This document shows positions 30,981-41,503 of a DNA stretch of 64,000 nucleotides, one piece after another. The stretch is taken from positions 6,280 through 70,279 of the forward strand of contig CAMOOX010000001.1 in NCBI GenBank assembly GCA_946621875.1. The letters run 5' to 3'. Each line of letters starts with the position of its first letter. Position 1 is the first letter of the stretch. The translations under genes and the position numbers were made by a program. Source of the DNA: an uncultured Clostridia bacterium. Its GTDB lineage: Bacteria > Bacillota > Clostridia > UBA1381. The notes under the pieces are model-generated. The model ran no database searches. It was not told the DNA's origin and was given only the letters and a program-made list of their open reading frames with translations.

Positions 30981-31712
30981 ATGGACGACAGTATTTTTTT
31001 GAGCAGAATGCGCGATATTGCAAGGCTTTGCGATAAGTACCGCACAGCAAAATTTTCGAGATTTTTGGATAGCAGAGAACAGGTAGTTTTAGAGCATAAC
31101 AGAATTTCGGGTACGCTTTTCGGCGGATACGAAGACGCAGAAAGACGGATTTTAGGAGTGTTTCCAAAGTGGCAGGAACCTGAATTGTCTCTTTTTCCGA
31201 TAGACCTTTTGAAAATTACGGTAAAAGGTGAACAATGCCCTTCACACAGGCAGTATCTCGGTACTATTCTTTCACTCGGCATTGAGCGCGATAGGATAGG
31301 AGATATTCTGACGGAGGATAATGGCGCATATGTGTTTGTTTCCTCAGATATATCACAGTTTATAAAGGATAATATAACAAAGATAGGGAAATGCAGGGCA
31401 TCGGTAGAATATACTGATTTAGGCTCGGTAGATTTGCCGGGAAAAGAATTTGAAAATATACAATGCGTATGCGCGTCCCTACGGCTTGACGCAATAGTTG
31501 CAGGTCTTACGGGGATTAGCAGAAATGAGGCTAAAAAAATTATACTGTCCGGTAAGGTTTTCGTAAACCATTTTGATGCACAAAAGATAGATTTTCCGGT
31601 AAAAGAGGGGGATTTGCTGTCGGTAAGAGGCTTTGGACGCGCCAAAATTGAGGAAATAGGTGCAAAAACGCGCAGCGACAGAATTCATATAACATTTAAA
31701 AAATATATTTAG
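30981..31712 (+). CDS. ylmH: YlmH-family S4-domain RNA-binding protein
   Basis: ..SHRQYLGTILSLGIERDRIGDI.. and a C-terminal S4 domain (LRLDAIVAGLTGISRNEAKKII). Start uncertain (TTG 30972 or ATG 30981). Confidence 0.8.
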   Translation: MDDSIFLSRMRDIARLCDKYRTAKFSRFLDSREQVVLEHNRISGTLFGGYEDAERRILGVFPKWQEPELSLFPIDLLKITVKGEQCPSHRQYLGTILSLGIERDRIGDILTEDNGAYVFVSSDISQFIKDNITKIGKCRASVEYTDLGSVDLPGKEFENIQCVCASLRLDAIVAGLTGISRNEAKKIILSGKVFVNHFDAQKIDFPVKEGDLLSVRGFGRAKIEEIGAKTRSDRIHITFKKYI

Positions 31713-31724
31713 GAGAGTGATAGT

Positions 31725-32165
31725 ATGTTAACACCAATTGATATTCAAAGACAAGATTTTGAGGTAAAGCTAAGAGGATATAATGCTGATGAAGTTGATG
31801 ACTTTTTAGATCTTGTCGGCAGAGATTATGAAAAGCTTTATAAAGATAATGCGGAATTAAGAGAGGAAATAAAGCGCCTTAATACATCACTTGAACAATA
31901 TAAAAATATGGAGGCAACACTCCAACAATCCATAGTGCTTGCACAGACCGCAGCAGAAGATATTAAAAAGAGTGCGGCAGAAAAAGCAAATGTCATAGTA
32001 AATGAAGCGCAGACAAAATCCGAAGGAATGTACCGGCAGCTTGATATGGATATACAAAATAAAAAGAATGAGCTTTCAGGAATTGTTGCTGAGGTATCAG
32101 GGTATAAGACAAGAATTAAAGGAATTTGCTCCGCAATACTTGAAATGTTGGAAAAAATGGAGTAA
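31725..32165 (+). CDS. divIVA: Cell division protein DivIVA
   Basis: MLTPIDIQRQDFEVKLRGYNADEVDDFLD N-terminal lipid-binding domain plus a coiled coil. 146 aa. Confidence 0.87.
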   Translation: MLTPIDIQRQDFEVKLRGYNADEVDDFLDLVGRDYEKLYKDNAELREEIKRLNTSLEQYKNMEATLQQSIVLAQTAAEDIKKSAAEKANVIVNEAQTKSEGMYRQLDMDIQNKKNELSGIVAEVSGYKTRIKGICSAILEMLEKME

Positions 32166-32172
32166 AATAGAA

Positions 32173-32200
32173 GGGACGACCTTTGGTTGTCCCTGATTTA
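32173..32200 (+). terminator. Stable hairpin between divIVA and ileS (weak terminator or processing/stability element)
   Basis: 9-bp stem GGGACGACC/GGTTGTCCC with a TTT loop, followed by a poor T-tract (TGATTTAGTT). Confidence 0.4.
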
Positions 32201-32221
32201 GTTACAGAAAGGATAAATTAT

Positions 32222-35011
32222 ATGTGCGATAATTGTGTGGATTATACAAAGTCTGTAAATCTTCCGAAGACAGATTTTCCTATGCGTGCGTCCTTGCCGC
32301 AAAGGGAGCCTGAAACGCTGAAATATTGGGAGGATATAGACCTATATAACAAATTGAAGGAAAAGAATAAGGGGGAAAAACCCTTTATTTTGCACGACGG
32401 ACCTCCATATGCAAACGGCGATATTCATATGGGTCACGCCCTTAATAAGATATTGAAAGACATAATAGTAAGATATAAAAATCTTCAAGGATTTTATTCT
32501 CCGTATGTACCCGGTTGGGATACACACGGTCTGCCGATAGAACAGCAGGCAATTAAAAAGCTTGGCATAAACCGCCATGCGGCAGGGCCTGTAAAATTCC
32601 GTGAAGCTTGCCGTGAATTTGCAAAATCTCATGTTGAAAAACAGAAGGTTCAGTTTAAGCGCCTTGGTGTTATAGGCGATTGGGACAATCCGTATCTTAC
32701 TTTAAGCAACGATTTTGTCGCAAAGCAAATTGAAGTTTTTGGCGAAATGGCAAAACGCGGTCTTATCTATAAGGGGTTAAAGCCCGTTTATTGGTGTCCT
32801 CATTGCGAAACAGCACTTGCCGAGGCGGAAATCGAGTATGCAGAAGATAAGACAACATCTGTTTATGTGAAATTTGCGGTAAAAGATGACAAAGGACTTT
32901 TCGAGGGTATAGAAAATGTATATTTTGTTATCTGGACAACTACAATCTGGACGCTTCCCGGAAACCTTGCAATATGCTTAAATCCTGATTTTGAATATTC
33001 TTTGGTAAAGTTCCCGGATGGTGAAGTGTACGTGCTTGCAACAGAGCTTATTGATACTGTTGTTTCAGCTTGCGGACTTAGTAAGAACTATGAAGTTGTA
33101 AAGAAATTTAAAGGCAGCGACCTTGAACTTATGACATGCTATCACCCGTTCTTAGACCGTGAATCCCTTGTAATCGTGGGCGACCATGTAACATTAGAGG
33201 CAGGTACGGGCTGTGTTCACACAGCTCCCGGTTTTGGTGCGGAGGACTATACCGTGTGCACGAATTATCCTCAGCTTGAAATTGTCGTTCCTGTTGATAA
33301 TAAGGGTTATCAAACCGAGGCGGCAGGTGAATTTGCGGGACTTTACTATGAAGAGTCAAACAGCAAAATTTTAGAAAGACTAAAAAGTGACGGAGCACTC
33401 GTTGCTGCACAGGAAATTGTGCACCAATATCCGCATTGTTGGAGATGTGACAGTCCTATAATTTTCCGTGCGGCAGACCAATGGTTTGCAAGTGTGGACG
33501 CATTAAAAGATGACGCTGTACGCGCTATTGAAGGTGTAAGCTGGCTTCCAAAATGGGGCGAAGAAAGAATAAAATCAATGGTTTTGGACAGAAATGACTG
33601 GTGCATCTCCCGTCAGAGAACATGGGGAGTTCCCATTCCTATTTTCTATTGCAAGGAATGCGGCAAGGAAATCGTAACCGACGAAACTATAAAAGCTGTT
33701 GCAAAGCTCTTCCGAAACGAGGGGCCAGATAAATGGTGGGAGCTTGACGCAAATGAAATAATTCCAGAGGGGTTAAAATGCAGCTGCGGATGCGGCGAGT
33801 TCACGAAAGAAAAAGATATAATGGATGTTTGGTTTGACTCCGGCTCATCGCATCAGGCGGTTTGTGAGGCAAGAGATGACCTTTCGTGGCCTGCTGATAT
33901 ATACTTAGAGGGTAACGACCAATACCGCGGCTGGTTCCAATCGTCGCTTTTGACAAGTATTGCAGTAACCGGAAAAGCTCCGTATAAAACGGTAATTACA
34001 CACGGAATGATTCAGGACGGTGAAGGCAGAAAAATGTCAAAATCCAAGGGTAATGTAATTATGCCCGAAGAAATAGTAAATAATTACGGCGCAGATGTTT
34101 TACGGCTCTGGGTTGTTTCTGCTGACTATAAAACAGATATGCGAATGAGTCAGGATTCCTTAAAACAGCTTTCGGAAGGGTATAGAAAAATAAGAAATAC
34201 TGCAAGGTATATTCTTTCAAATATCAACGATTTTGACCCAAATACCGATATGATAGGATATGATGAGCTTTTGGAAATTGACAAATGGGCGCTTATGAAG
34301 CTTAATGATGTTGTCAAAAATTCCGTAAAATCATATGAGGAATATGAATTCCATACTTTCTATTCAGGAATTTTGAATTTCTGCATAGTTGATATGAGTA
34401 ATTTCTATCTTGATATTTTGAAGTCAAGGCTTTACACCGAAAAGCCCGACTCAAAAGAACGCCGCTCAGCACAGAGCGCAATGTTCATTATTCTTGACTC
34501 ATTAGTAAAACTGCTTGCACCTGTTCTTGCGTTTACCGCAGAAGAAATATGGGCATTTATGCCTCATTTTAAGGAAGATGACAGAGAGAGCGTTATGTTA
34601 AACCGTATGCCGAAAGCAAACGAAAAGTATGAAAATGCCAAGCTTTCGGAAAAATGGGATAAACTTATCGCAGTAAGAAATGATGTAAACCGCGCATTGG
34701 AGCCTGCAAGAAACGAGAAAATCATAGGTAAATCGTTAGACGCAGAAGTTACCGTTTATGCCGGCGGTGAGATGTATGATTTCCTTAAAGACAATGAAAA
34801 GGATTTGGCAGAAATATTTATAACATCAAAAGCATTTGTCGATAAAGCAGAAAATGCAGGAGAAGTATTCTCAGGCGACACTGTAAAGGTACAGGTGGTG
34901 CCGAGCAAATATGAAAAGTGTGGCAGATGCTGGGTGAGGTCGGAAACAGTAGGCACAATAGACGGTTTTGACGGAATTTGTGCAGACTGTGTAAAAAAAC
35001 TTACAAAGTAA
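32222..35011 (+). CDS. ileS: Isoleucine--tRNA ligase
   Basis: MCDNCVDYTKSVNLPKTDFPMRA.. start; HMGH and KMSKS motifs, CP1 editing domain, C-terminal CGRCW..CADC zinc finger. The track start at 32183 is rejected. Confidence 0.95.
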   Translation: MCDNCVDYTKSVNLPKTDFPMRASLPQREPETLKYWEDIDLYNKLKEKNKGEKPFILHDGPPYANGDIHMGHALNKILKDIIVRYKNLQGFYSPYVPGWDTHGLPIEQQAIKKLGINRHAAGPVKFREACREFAKSHVEKQKVQFKRLGVIGDWDNPYLTLSNDFVAKQIEVFGEMAKRGLIYKGLKPVYWCPHCETALAEAEIEYAEDKTTSVYVKFAVKDDKGLFEGIENVYFVIWTTTIWTLPGNLAICLNPDFEYSLVKFPDGEVYVLATELIDTVVSACGLSKNYEVVKKFKGSDLELMTCYHPFLDRESLVIVGDHVTLEAGTGCVHTAPGFGAEDYTVCTNYPQLEIVVPVDNKGYQTEAAGEFAGLYYEESNSKILERLKSDGALVAAQEIVHQYPHCWRCDSPIIFRAADQWFASVDALKDDAVRAIEGVSWLPKWGEERIKSMVLDRNDWCISRQRTWGVPIPIFYCKECGKEIVTDETIKAVAKLFRNEGPDKWWELDANEIIPEGLKCSCGCGEFTKEKDIMDVWFDSGSSHQAVCEARDDLSWPADIYLEGNDQYRGWFQSSLLTSIAVTGKAPYKTVITHGMIQDGEGRKMSKSKGNVIMPEEIVNNYGADVLRLWVVSADYKTDMRMSQDSLKQLSEGYRKIRNTARYILSNINDFDPNTDMIGYDELLEIDKWALMKLNDVVKNSVKSYEEYEFHTFYSGILNFCIVDMSNFYLDILKSRLYTEKPDSKERRSAQSAMFIILDSLVKLLAPVLAFTAEEIWAFMPHFKEDDRESVMLNRMPKANEKYENAKLSEKWDKLIAVRNDVNRALEPARNEKIIGKSLDAEVTVYAGGEMYDFLKDNEKDLAEIFITSKAFVDKAENAGEVFSGDTVKVQVVPSKYEKCGRCWVRSETVGTIDGFDGICADCVKKLTK

Positions 35012-35014
35012 CAC

Positions 35015-35047
35015 AAAAATTTTAAAAAGAAAAGGTAATAAAAGCCT
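35015..35047 (+). terminator. Intrinsic terminator after ileS
   Basis: AAAAGAAAAGG / CCTTTTCTTTT stem with a 9-nt loop and a T-run. Confidence 0.65.
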
Positions 35048-35073
35048 TTTCTTTTTTATTTATTTATGATAAA

Positions 35074-35598
35074 ATGGAAGCGTTAGAAAAAATAGAAAGG
35101 ATAATGCATATAATGCGTTTAGAAGATAGAAAATGGGCGGCTCTTGGGAGCGTGCTTATACTGGCAGACCAAATTGTGAAATTCCTTGTTTGCCGGAACT
35201 TGTCACAATCGGATAGCGTGGTAATAATACCGCATATTTTAAACTTTATATATGTCAAAAATACGGGTGCAGCATTTAGTATGTTTTCAGACAAAACTCT
35301 GGTTTTGGGAATTATTTCTATAATTTTTTGCATCCTTGTTCTGCTTTTCTGGTATTTTAAAAAGCCATCGCACCCACTTTTAAAGTTTGCGCTTACGCTT
35401 TTATTTGCGGGCGCCTTGGGGAATGCAATCGACAGAATATTAAGAGGGTTTGTAGTTGATTTTATCGAAACATCATTTATAAAATTCCCCGTATTTAATG
35501 TGGCGGATATTTGTATTACCATAGGTACTGTGTTTTTGATGGTATATCTCTTATTTTTTGATAAGGACGGTCATAAAAATGGAGAAACTGTTAATTGA
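35074..35598 (+). CDS. lspA: Lipoprotein signal peptidase II
   Basis: NTGAAFS and FNVADI catalytic-Asp motifs and four TM segments. True start uncertain (35074, 35104 or 35113). Confidence 0.85.
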   Translation: MEALEKIERIMHIMRLEDRKWAALGSVLILADQIVKFLVCRNLSQSDSVVIIPHILNFIYVKNTGAAFSMFSDKTLVLGIISIIFCILVLLFWYFKKPSHPLLKFALTLLFAGALGNAIDRILRGFVVDFIETSFIKFPVFNVADICITIGTVFLMVYLLFFDKDGHKNGETVN

Positions 35599-36502
35599 GG
35601 TACAAAATCCGCAAAATTTTCGCATAGATAAATATATAAGCGAAAATGCAGAGGATATTTCAAGAAGTTTTGCAGCAAAATTGCTTTCCGAGGGCAGAGT
35701 TTTCGTAAAAGGAAAGGCTGTAAGTAAAAATTACAGACCGCAAAACGGTGAAATTATAGAAATATCCGTGCCTGAGCCTGAAAGTCTTGATATTTTACCC
35801 GAAAATATACCGCTTGATATAGTTTATGAGGATGAATTTTTAGCAGTTATAAATAAGCCGCAGGGAATGGTAGTTCACCCCGCAGGCGGAAACATGAGCG
35901 GAACGCTTGTAAATGCGCTCCTTTACCATTTCGGTGATAATCTTTCTGCTATAAACGGAGTAATACGCCCGGGAATTGTGCATAGAATAGACAAGGACAC
36001 ATCGGGACTTTTGGTAGTTGCAAAAACCAATGAAGCACATTTGTCGCTATCGCAGCAGCTCAAAGAAAAAAAGGCTAACAGACGGTATCTTGCGATTGTT
36101 CACGGTAATTTACGGGAGGGCGGAACTGTTGATAAACCTATCGGACGCCACCCCAAAGACAGAAAAAAGATGGCGGTAGTAATGGGCGGAAGAAATGCCG
36201 TAACTCATTACAGCGTTTTGGAAAACTTCCGGGACAGCTCGCTTTTAGAATGTGTTTTGGAGACGGGCAGAACACATCAGATAAGGGTGCATATGGCATC
36301 AATAGGACATAGCATTGTAGGCGACCCGCTCTATGGTACGCGGAAGGAAAAAATAAAGACAAACGGACAGCTGCTTTTTGCGAAAACAATAGGTTTCAAT
36401 CATCCGAAAAGTGGCGAATATATGGAATTTTCGGCGGCAATCCCCGATTATTTTGAGAAAATTTTAGAAGATTTAAGAAGAGGTGTTTTAGTTGGCAGAT
36501 AA
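35579..36502 (+). CDS. rluD: RluA-family 23S rRNA pseudouridine synthase (RluD-like)
   Basis: S4 domain followed by the HRIDKDTSGLLVVAK catalytic motif. The ATG at 35579 overlaps the lspA 3' end. Confidence 0.9.
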   Translation: MEKLLIEVQNPQNFRIDKYISENAEDISRSFAAKLLSEGRVFVKGKAVSKNYRPQNGEIIEISVPEPESLDILPENIPLDIVYEDEFLAVINKPQGMVVHPAGGNMSGTLVNALLYHFGDNLSAINGVIRPGIVHRIDKDTSGLLVVAKTNEAHLSLSQQLKEKKANRRYLAIVHGNLREGGTVDKPIGRHPKDRKKMAVVMGGRNAVTHYSVLENFRDSSLLECVLETGRTHQIRVHMASIGHSIVGDPLYGTRKEKIKTNGQLLFAKTIGFNHPKSGEYMEFSAAIPDYFEKILEDLRRGVLVGR

Positions 36503-37559
36503 GAAAAAGGTTTGTGTTATTTTTGGCGGACAATCGCCCGAACACGATATTTCCTTAAAATCAGTCACTTCGGTTATAAATAATTTAGATAAGAATAAAT
36601 ATGACATAATAAAAATAGGAATAACCGCAAGCGGAAAGTGGTACTTGTATGAAGGGGCAACTGAAAAAATTGAGAGCGGCCGCTGGGAAGAGGAAACGGA
36701 CTTTTTGAAAAAAGCCATAATTTCACCCGACAGCACCGATAAAGCCATTTTTGTATTTGAAGGGGATAAGTTTTATAAGATATATCCTGATATAGTATTT
36801 CCCGTACTTCACGGAAATAACGGCGAGGATGGGACTATTCAGGGGCTTTTGGAGCTTGCAGACATAAAGTATGTAGGCATGGGCGTCTTAGGCTCGGCTG
36901 TTGGAATGGATAAATCCTTTGCAAAAGTTGTTTTTAAGGAAGCAGGGATTCCGCAGGCAGACTGGGTTTTGGTAAGGACGGAAAATGATGCGAAGGAATA
37001 CATAGAAACTATTGAAAGAAAGCTTGGATATCCGTGTTTTGTTAAGCCGTGCAGTACAGGCTCATCGGTGGGCGTCGGAAAAGCGCATAACAGAGAGGAA
37101 CTCATCCTTGCACTTTCCGAGGCGGCAAAATTTGATAGAAAAATACTTGTTGAGGAGTATATAAAAGGTCACGAGGTGGAATGTGCCGTTTTAGGAAATA
37201 CAGCGCCAAAAGCGTCAGAAGTGGGTGAAATAATGCCGACAGTTGAGTTTTATGATTTTGACGCAAAATATAACGATAATTCAACTGTTTTACAAATTCC
37301 CGCCAAAATTCCTGATGAGACGAGAGAAAAAATACGCAAGCTTTCACTTCGTGCGTTCTCTGCAATAGACGGTCAGGGTCTTGCAAGAGTGGACTTTTTT
37401 GTAAGATTTGATGATGGCGAAGTGGTCTTAAATGAGATAAATACAATGCCGGGCTTTACAAATATAAGTATGTATCCAAAACTATGGGATGCAAAAGGTG
37501 TCGGGTACGGAGAACTTTTAGATGAGCTTATAAATCTCGGCGAAAAAAGGGTAAAGTGA
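36492..37559 (+). CDS. ddl: D-alanine--D-alanine ligase
   Basis: 355 aa ATP-grasp protein: VCVIFGGQSPEHDIS, EVNTMPGFT-like LNEINTMPGFT. TTG start behind a GAGGTG RBS. Confidence 0.93.
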   Translation: MADKKKVCVIFGGQSPEHDISLKSVTSVINNLDKNKYDIIKIGITASGKWYLYEGATEKIESGRWEEETDFLKKAIISPDSTDKAIFVFEGDKFYKIYPDIVFPVLHGNNGEDGTIQGLLELADIKYVGMGVLGSAVGMDKSFAKVVFKEAGIPQADWVLVRTENDAKEYIETIERKLGYPCFVKPCSTGSSVGVGKAHNREELILALSEAAKFDRKILVEEYIKGHEVECAVLGNTAPKASEVGEIMPTVEFYDFDAKYNDNSTVLQIPAKIPDETREKIRKLSLRAFSAIDGQGLARVDFFVRFDDGEVVLNEINTMPGFTNISMYPKLWDAKGVGYGELLDELINLGEKRVK

Positions 37560-38368
37560 TGGATAACAGAAGTATAGGTGTTTTTGACTCAGGACTTGGA
37601 GGACTTACAGCAGTAAAGCAGATTATGCAGGAGCTTCCCAAAGAGGGTATAGTCTATTTTGGTGATACAGGGAGAGTTCCTTATGGTTCAAGGTCAGAGG
37701 AAACAATTATTAAATACTCAAAAAACGACATAAATTTCCTTTTAAGTAAAGATGTTAAGGTGATTGTCGTGGCTTGCGGAACAGTGAGCTCGGTAGCACT
37801 GCCTGTTCTTCAAAAAATAGCGCCTGTACCTGTTATAGGTGTTTTAGAGGCGGCATCAAATGCCGCAATGTGTGCAACTAAAAATAACAAAATCGGTATA
37901 ATCGGAACATGCGGAACGATAAAAAGCGGCGCATATGAAAGGTTTATAAAGGGTAAAAATGCGGACATTATGACATTTTCCAAGGCTTGTCCGTTATTTG
38001 TTCCGCTTGTTGAAAACGGGCATTTTGATACGATGGTCGCAGAGCTTGTTACAGAGGAGTATCTGACAAGTATAAGAGAAAGCGGTGTAGATACACTTAT
38101 TTTAGGCTGTACACATTATCCGCTTTTAAAAAATACGATTGCGAGATTTATGGGACCTTCGGTCACCTTGATTGATGCAGGGGCAGAGGTCGCAAAGGAA
38201 ACAAAACGCATTCTTCAAGAGGAAGATATTTGCGCAAGTATGGATAAACAAGATAGATACAGCTACTATGTGAGCGATAATGTCGACGGTTTTGAAACAC
38301 TTGGCGGAATATTTTTGGAAGAAACTATTTGCGGAAAAGTGGAGAAAATTGACATTGAAAAATACTGA
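37559..38368 (+). CDS. murI: Glutamate racemase
   Basis: VFDSGLGGLT, VVACGT and LGCTHYP motifs. The start overlaps the ddl stop (GTGATG). Confidence 0.93.
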   Translation: MDNRSIGVFDSGLGGLTAVKQIMQELPKEGIVYFGDTGRVPYGSRSEETIIKYSKNDINFLLSKDVKVIVVACGTVSSVALPVLQKIAPVPVIGVLEAASNAAMCATKNNKIGIIGTCGTIKSGAYERFIKGKNADIMTFSKACPLFVPLVENGHFDTMVAELVTEEYLTSIRESGVDTLILGCTHYPLLKNTIARFMGPSVTLIDAGAEVAKETKRILQEEDICASMDKQDRYSYYVSDNVDGFETLGGIFLEETICGKVEKIDIEKY

Positions 38369-38798
38369 ACAATGTGCTAACATATCCCTTGTAACCGTAA
38401 GGGATTTACAAGGAACGCAGGATAGGTCGGAGCTTTGCGTGCAAGGCGGTTTTTATGACAAAGACGGCATATATTATCTGACTTATACGGAAGATGCCGT
38501 AACAGGACCGGGAGATGCACGCGTCTTTCTTAAAATTTCAAAAGATAGTGTAGAAATACGCAGAATGGGAGAATTTAAGACGGTCATACGCTATCGGCAG
38601 GGAGAAATAACCGATACCCTCTATGAAACCCCTTTCGGGAAAATGGATATAAAAATACGGACAAGCAAAATAGTGAATAAACTTTCGGAAAAGGGCGGAA
38701 CTCTTAAAATATTTTATACGCTTATTACAGGCGGAGAAGATGTAAAAAATGAGATTACGCTCGATATTGAACTAAGGAGTGAAGAGAATGAAGTTTAA
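38355..38798 (+). CDS. DUF1934 (YwiB-like) beta-barrel protein
   Basis: Pattern ..YYLTYTED....FLKISKDSVEIRRMGE..T..Y.TPFGKMDIKI.T... The 5' part of the track ORF overlaps murI. Probable TTG start at 38355 after GGAGA; start uncertain. Confidence 0.7.
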   Translation: MKNTEQCANISLVTVRDLQGTQDRSELCVQGGFYDKDGIYYLTYTEDAVTGPGDARVFLKISKDSVEIRRMGEFKTVIRYRQGEITDTLYETPFGKMDIKIRTSKIVNKLSEKGGTLKIFYTLITGGEDVKNEITLDIELRSEENEV

Positions 38799-40212
38799 AA
38801 GATTTTTTGCGGCTATGCTGTGCTTTATACTTCTTATTTCGCAGACGGCTTTTGCCGCAGCGGATGCAGAATATGAAAAAATAGAACAGATTTTAAATTA
38901 TGCGTCAAATCTGTATATTGACGATTCCGTGACGAGTTCGGATATTTGGAAAAGCGCGGTAAAAAAACTGATAGAAACTAATCCTGATTTGGCAAATCAG
39001 TTTATAAAAGAGGCTTTTGAAAGTCTTGATGATTACAGCGAATTCTATACGGCGGAAGAGTATAAACTTTTCAAAAAAAATATAGATCATATAGTTTATG
39101 GCATAGGTGTTATCATACAACAAAAGGACGATTATGTAACGGTTGTGAATGTTTTAGAAGGCGGAGCCGCAGAAAAAGCGGGAGTTATGGAAGGTGACCG
39201 TATAGCAAGAGTTGACGGAGTGGATGTTAAGGGCGAAAGCATTGACAAGGTGCAGGATTTGGTCGTAGGTGAACTTGGCACCGAGGTCACAGTTACATTC
39301 CTTCGCGGCGACCGTGAAATCGAGTACACAATGAAACGCGGTGAGGTTAAGGGCGAAACGGTTGCATATGCGGTTTTGGAAGACGATGTTGCATACCTTA
39401 AAATAGCTACTTTTTCGGCGGATACAGATAAAGAAGTTGATAGAGCATTAGATGAATTAGATAAACAAGGCATAAAGAATATAATTCTTGATTTGCGCGA
39501 TAACCCGGGCGGATACCTTGATTCTGCCGTGAATGTTGCATCATTCTTTGTCCCTGAGGGAGTTATAGTCAGCACAGTTTACAGAAGTGAATGGGAAAAT
39601 GAAGTCTTTTATTCAAAATTGAAAGAAACAAGATATAAACTTGCGGTTTTGGTAAACGAAAACACAGCATCGGCAGCAGAGGTTTTGGCAAGCGCAATAC
39701 AAGATAGCGGGGCAGGAATTTTAATCGGAAAAAAAACTTATGGCAAAGGTGTAATCCAGCAGATGTTTGAAATCTGGGACGGTTGTGCGTTTAAGATAAC
39801 CACAGGGAAGTACTTCACAAGAAACGGCGAAGATATAAACGGAAACGGAATAAAACCTGATGAGGATATAGCAAATACTACTAAAAAAATTGATTTGTCT
39901 CGCTATAAGGTATTTGATTATACAAATAAACCGTCTGTCGGTGTAAATTCTGTAAATACTGTTGCGGCGAAGGAAAGACTTAGAATACTTGGATACTATC
40001 AGGGTGAGGCAAGCGACTATTTTGACAATGCGCTTTTTGATGCTGTTTGCAGTTTCCAGGAGGAGAATGGACTATTCCCATACGGAGTTTTGGATATTTC
40101 AACACAGAAAAAAATCCAAGAAGAATTTTCGCTTGTGGATGAAAAGGTAGATAATCAGCTTATCAGGGCATATGGATATTTTGGCGGCAAACCTGATAAC
40201 CTCTATAAGTAA
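38788..40212 (+). CDS. S41-family C-terminal processing peptidase with a C-terminal peptidoglycan-binding domain
   Basis: Signal peptide [26 protein letters not shown] domain ([15 protein letters not shown]), DLRDNPGGY, Ser/Lys dyad region ([14 protein letters not shown]), PG_binding_1-like tail. Confidence 0.88.
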   Translation: MKFKRFFAAMLCFILLISQTAFAAADAEYEKIEQILNYASNLYIDDSVTSSDIWKSAVKKLIETNPDLANQFIKEAFESLDDYSEFYTAEEYKLFKKNIDHIVYGIGVIIQQKDDYVTVVNVLEGGAAEKAGVMEGDRIARVDGVDVKGESIDKVQDLVVGELGTEVTVTFLRGDREIEYTMKRGEVKGETVAYAVLEDDVAYLKIATFSADTDKEVDRALDELDKQGIKNIILDLRDNPGGYLDSAVNVASFFVPEGVIVSTVYRSEWENEVFYSKLKETRYKLAVLVNENTASAAEVLASAIQDSGAGILIGKKTYGKGVIQQMFEIWDGCAFKITTGKYFTRNGEDINGNGIKPDEDIANTTKKIDLSRYKVFDYTNKPSVGVNSVNTVAAKERLRILGYYQGEASDYFDNALFDAVCSFQEENGLFPYGVLDISTQKKIQEEFSLVDEKVDNQLIRAYGYFGGKPDNLYK

Positions 40213-40250
40213 TAAAAAATCGCATAAAAAAACAAAGGAGAAATTGGGAA

Positions 40251-41492
40251 ATGTACAAGAATTTTTTTGATGAATTAAAAGAGTATGATACGGAGGTTTA
40301 TTCTGCTTGTAACAACGAGCTTTTGCGTCAGCAGCATAACATTGAGCTTATAGCTTCTGAGAACATAGTGTCAAAGGCTGTTTTGCTTGCAGCAGGTACG
40401 CCGCTTACAAACAAGTATGCGGAGGGGTATCCAAATCACAGATACTATGGCGGCTGTCAATATGTCGATGTTGTAGAGGACATTGCAAGGGAGCGTGCAA
40501 AGAAGATTTTTGGAGCAGAGCATGCAAATGTCCAGCCACACAGCGGTGCAAGCGCAAATCTTGCTGTATTTTTTGCACTTTTACAACCGGGTGATACCGT
40601 AATGGGTATGAATTTGGCGCACGGCGGACATCTTTCGCATGGCTCACCCGTTAATATCTCGGGAAAATACTTCAATATTGTGCCGTACGGAGTGGATGAT
40701 GAAACCGGCAGGATTGATTATGACAAAATGCGTGAAATTGCCTTAGAATGTAAGCCAAAACTTATTTTGTCGGGCGCAAGTGCATATCCGAGAGTGATTG
40801 AATTTGATAAAATCAGGGCAATCTGTGATGAAGTTGGCGCATATATGATGGTTGATATAGCACATATTGCAGGACTTGTTGCAGCAGGGCTTCATCCGAA
40901 CCCCGTACCCATTGCGGATGTTGTAACAACAACAACTCACAAAACTTTGAGAGGTCCAAGGGGCGGACTTATTCTTTGCAAGGAAAAGTATGCAAAGGAT
41001 ATTGATAAAGCGATTTTCCCCGGAACACAAGGCGGACCTCTTATGCATATAATTGCCGCAAAAGCGGTAGCTTTTGGCGAGGCGCTTAAAAACGAATTCT
41101 GCGAGTATCAAAAACAAATCGTTAAAAATGCCGCATATCTTGCAAATGCGCTAAAAGAAAAGGGAATAAAACTCGTTTCAGACGGAACGGATAATCATCT
41201 TATGCTTTTAAATCTCATTGACACAGGAATTACGGGTAAGGAACTTCAAATACGCCTTGATGAAGTGCATATTACAGCAAACAAAAATACTATACCAAAT
41301 GACCCGCAAAGCCCGTTTGTCACAAGCGGACTGCGCATAGGAACGCCTGCCGTTACTACAAGGGGATTTAAAGAGGCAGAGATGGGTATGATTGCCGACT
41401 GGATTTACGATGTTATCTTCAATTTTGATAGTTCAAAGGAGCGTATAACAAAAGAGGTTATTGCACTTTGCGAAAAATATCCGATTTATTGA
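40251..41492 (+). CDS. glyA: Serine hydroxymethyltransferase
   Basis: 413 aa. PLP site [14 protein letters not shown]. Confidence 0.96.
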   Translation: MYKNFFDELKEYDTEVYSACNNELLRQQHNIELIASENIVSKAVLLAAGTPLTNKYAEGYPNHRYYGGCQYVDVVEDIARERAKKIFGAEHANVQPHSGASANLAVFFALLQPGDTVMGMNLAHGGHLSHGSPVNISGKYFNIVPYGVDDETGRIDYDKMREIALECKPKLILSGASAYPRVIEFDKIRAICDEVGAYMMVDIAHIAGLVAAGLHPNPVPIADVVTTTTHKTLRGPRGGLILCKEKYAKDIDKAIFPGTQGGPLMHIIAAKAVAFGEALKNEFCEYQKQIVKNAAYLANALKEKGIKLVSDGTDNHLMLLNLIDTGITGKELQIRLDEVHITANKNTIPNDPQSPFVTSGLRIGTPAVTTRGFKEAEMGMIADWIYDVIFNFDSSKERITKEVIALCEKYPIY

Positions 41493-41503
41493 GGTGAATA
41501 AAA

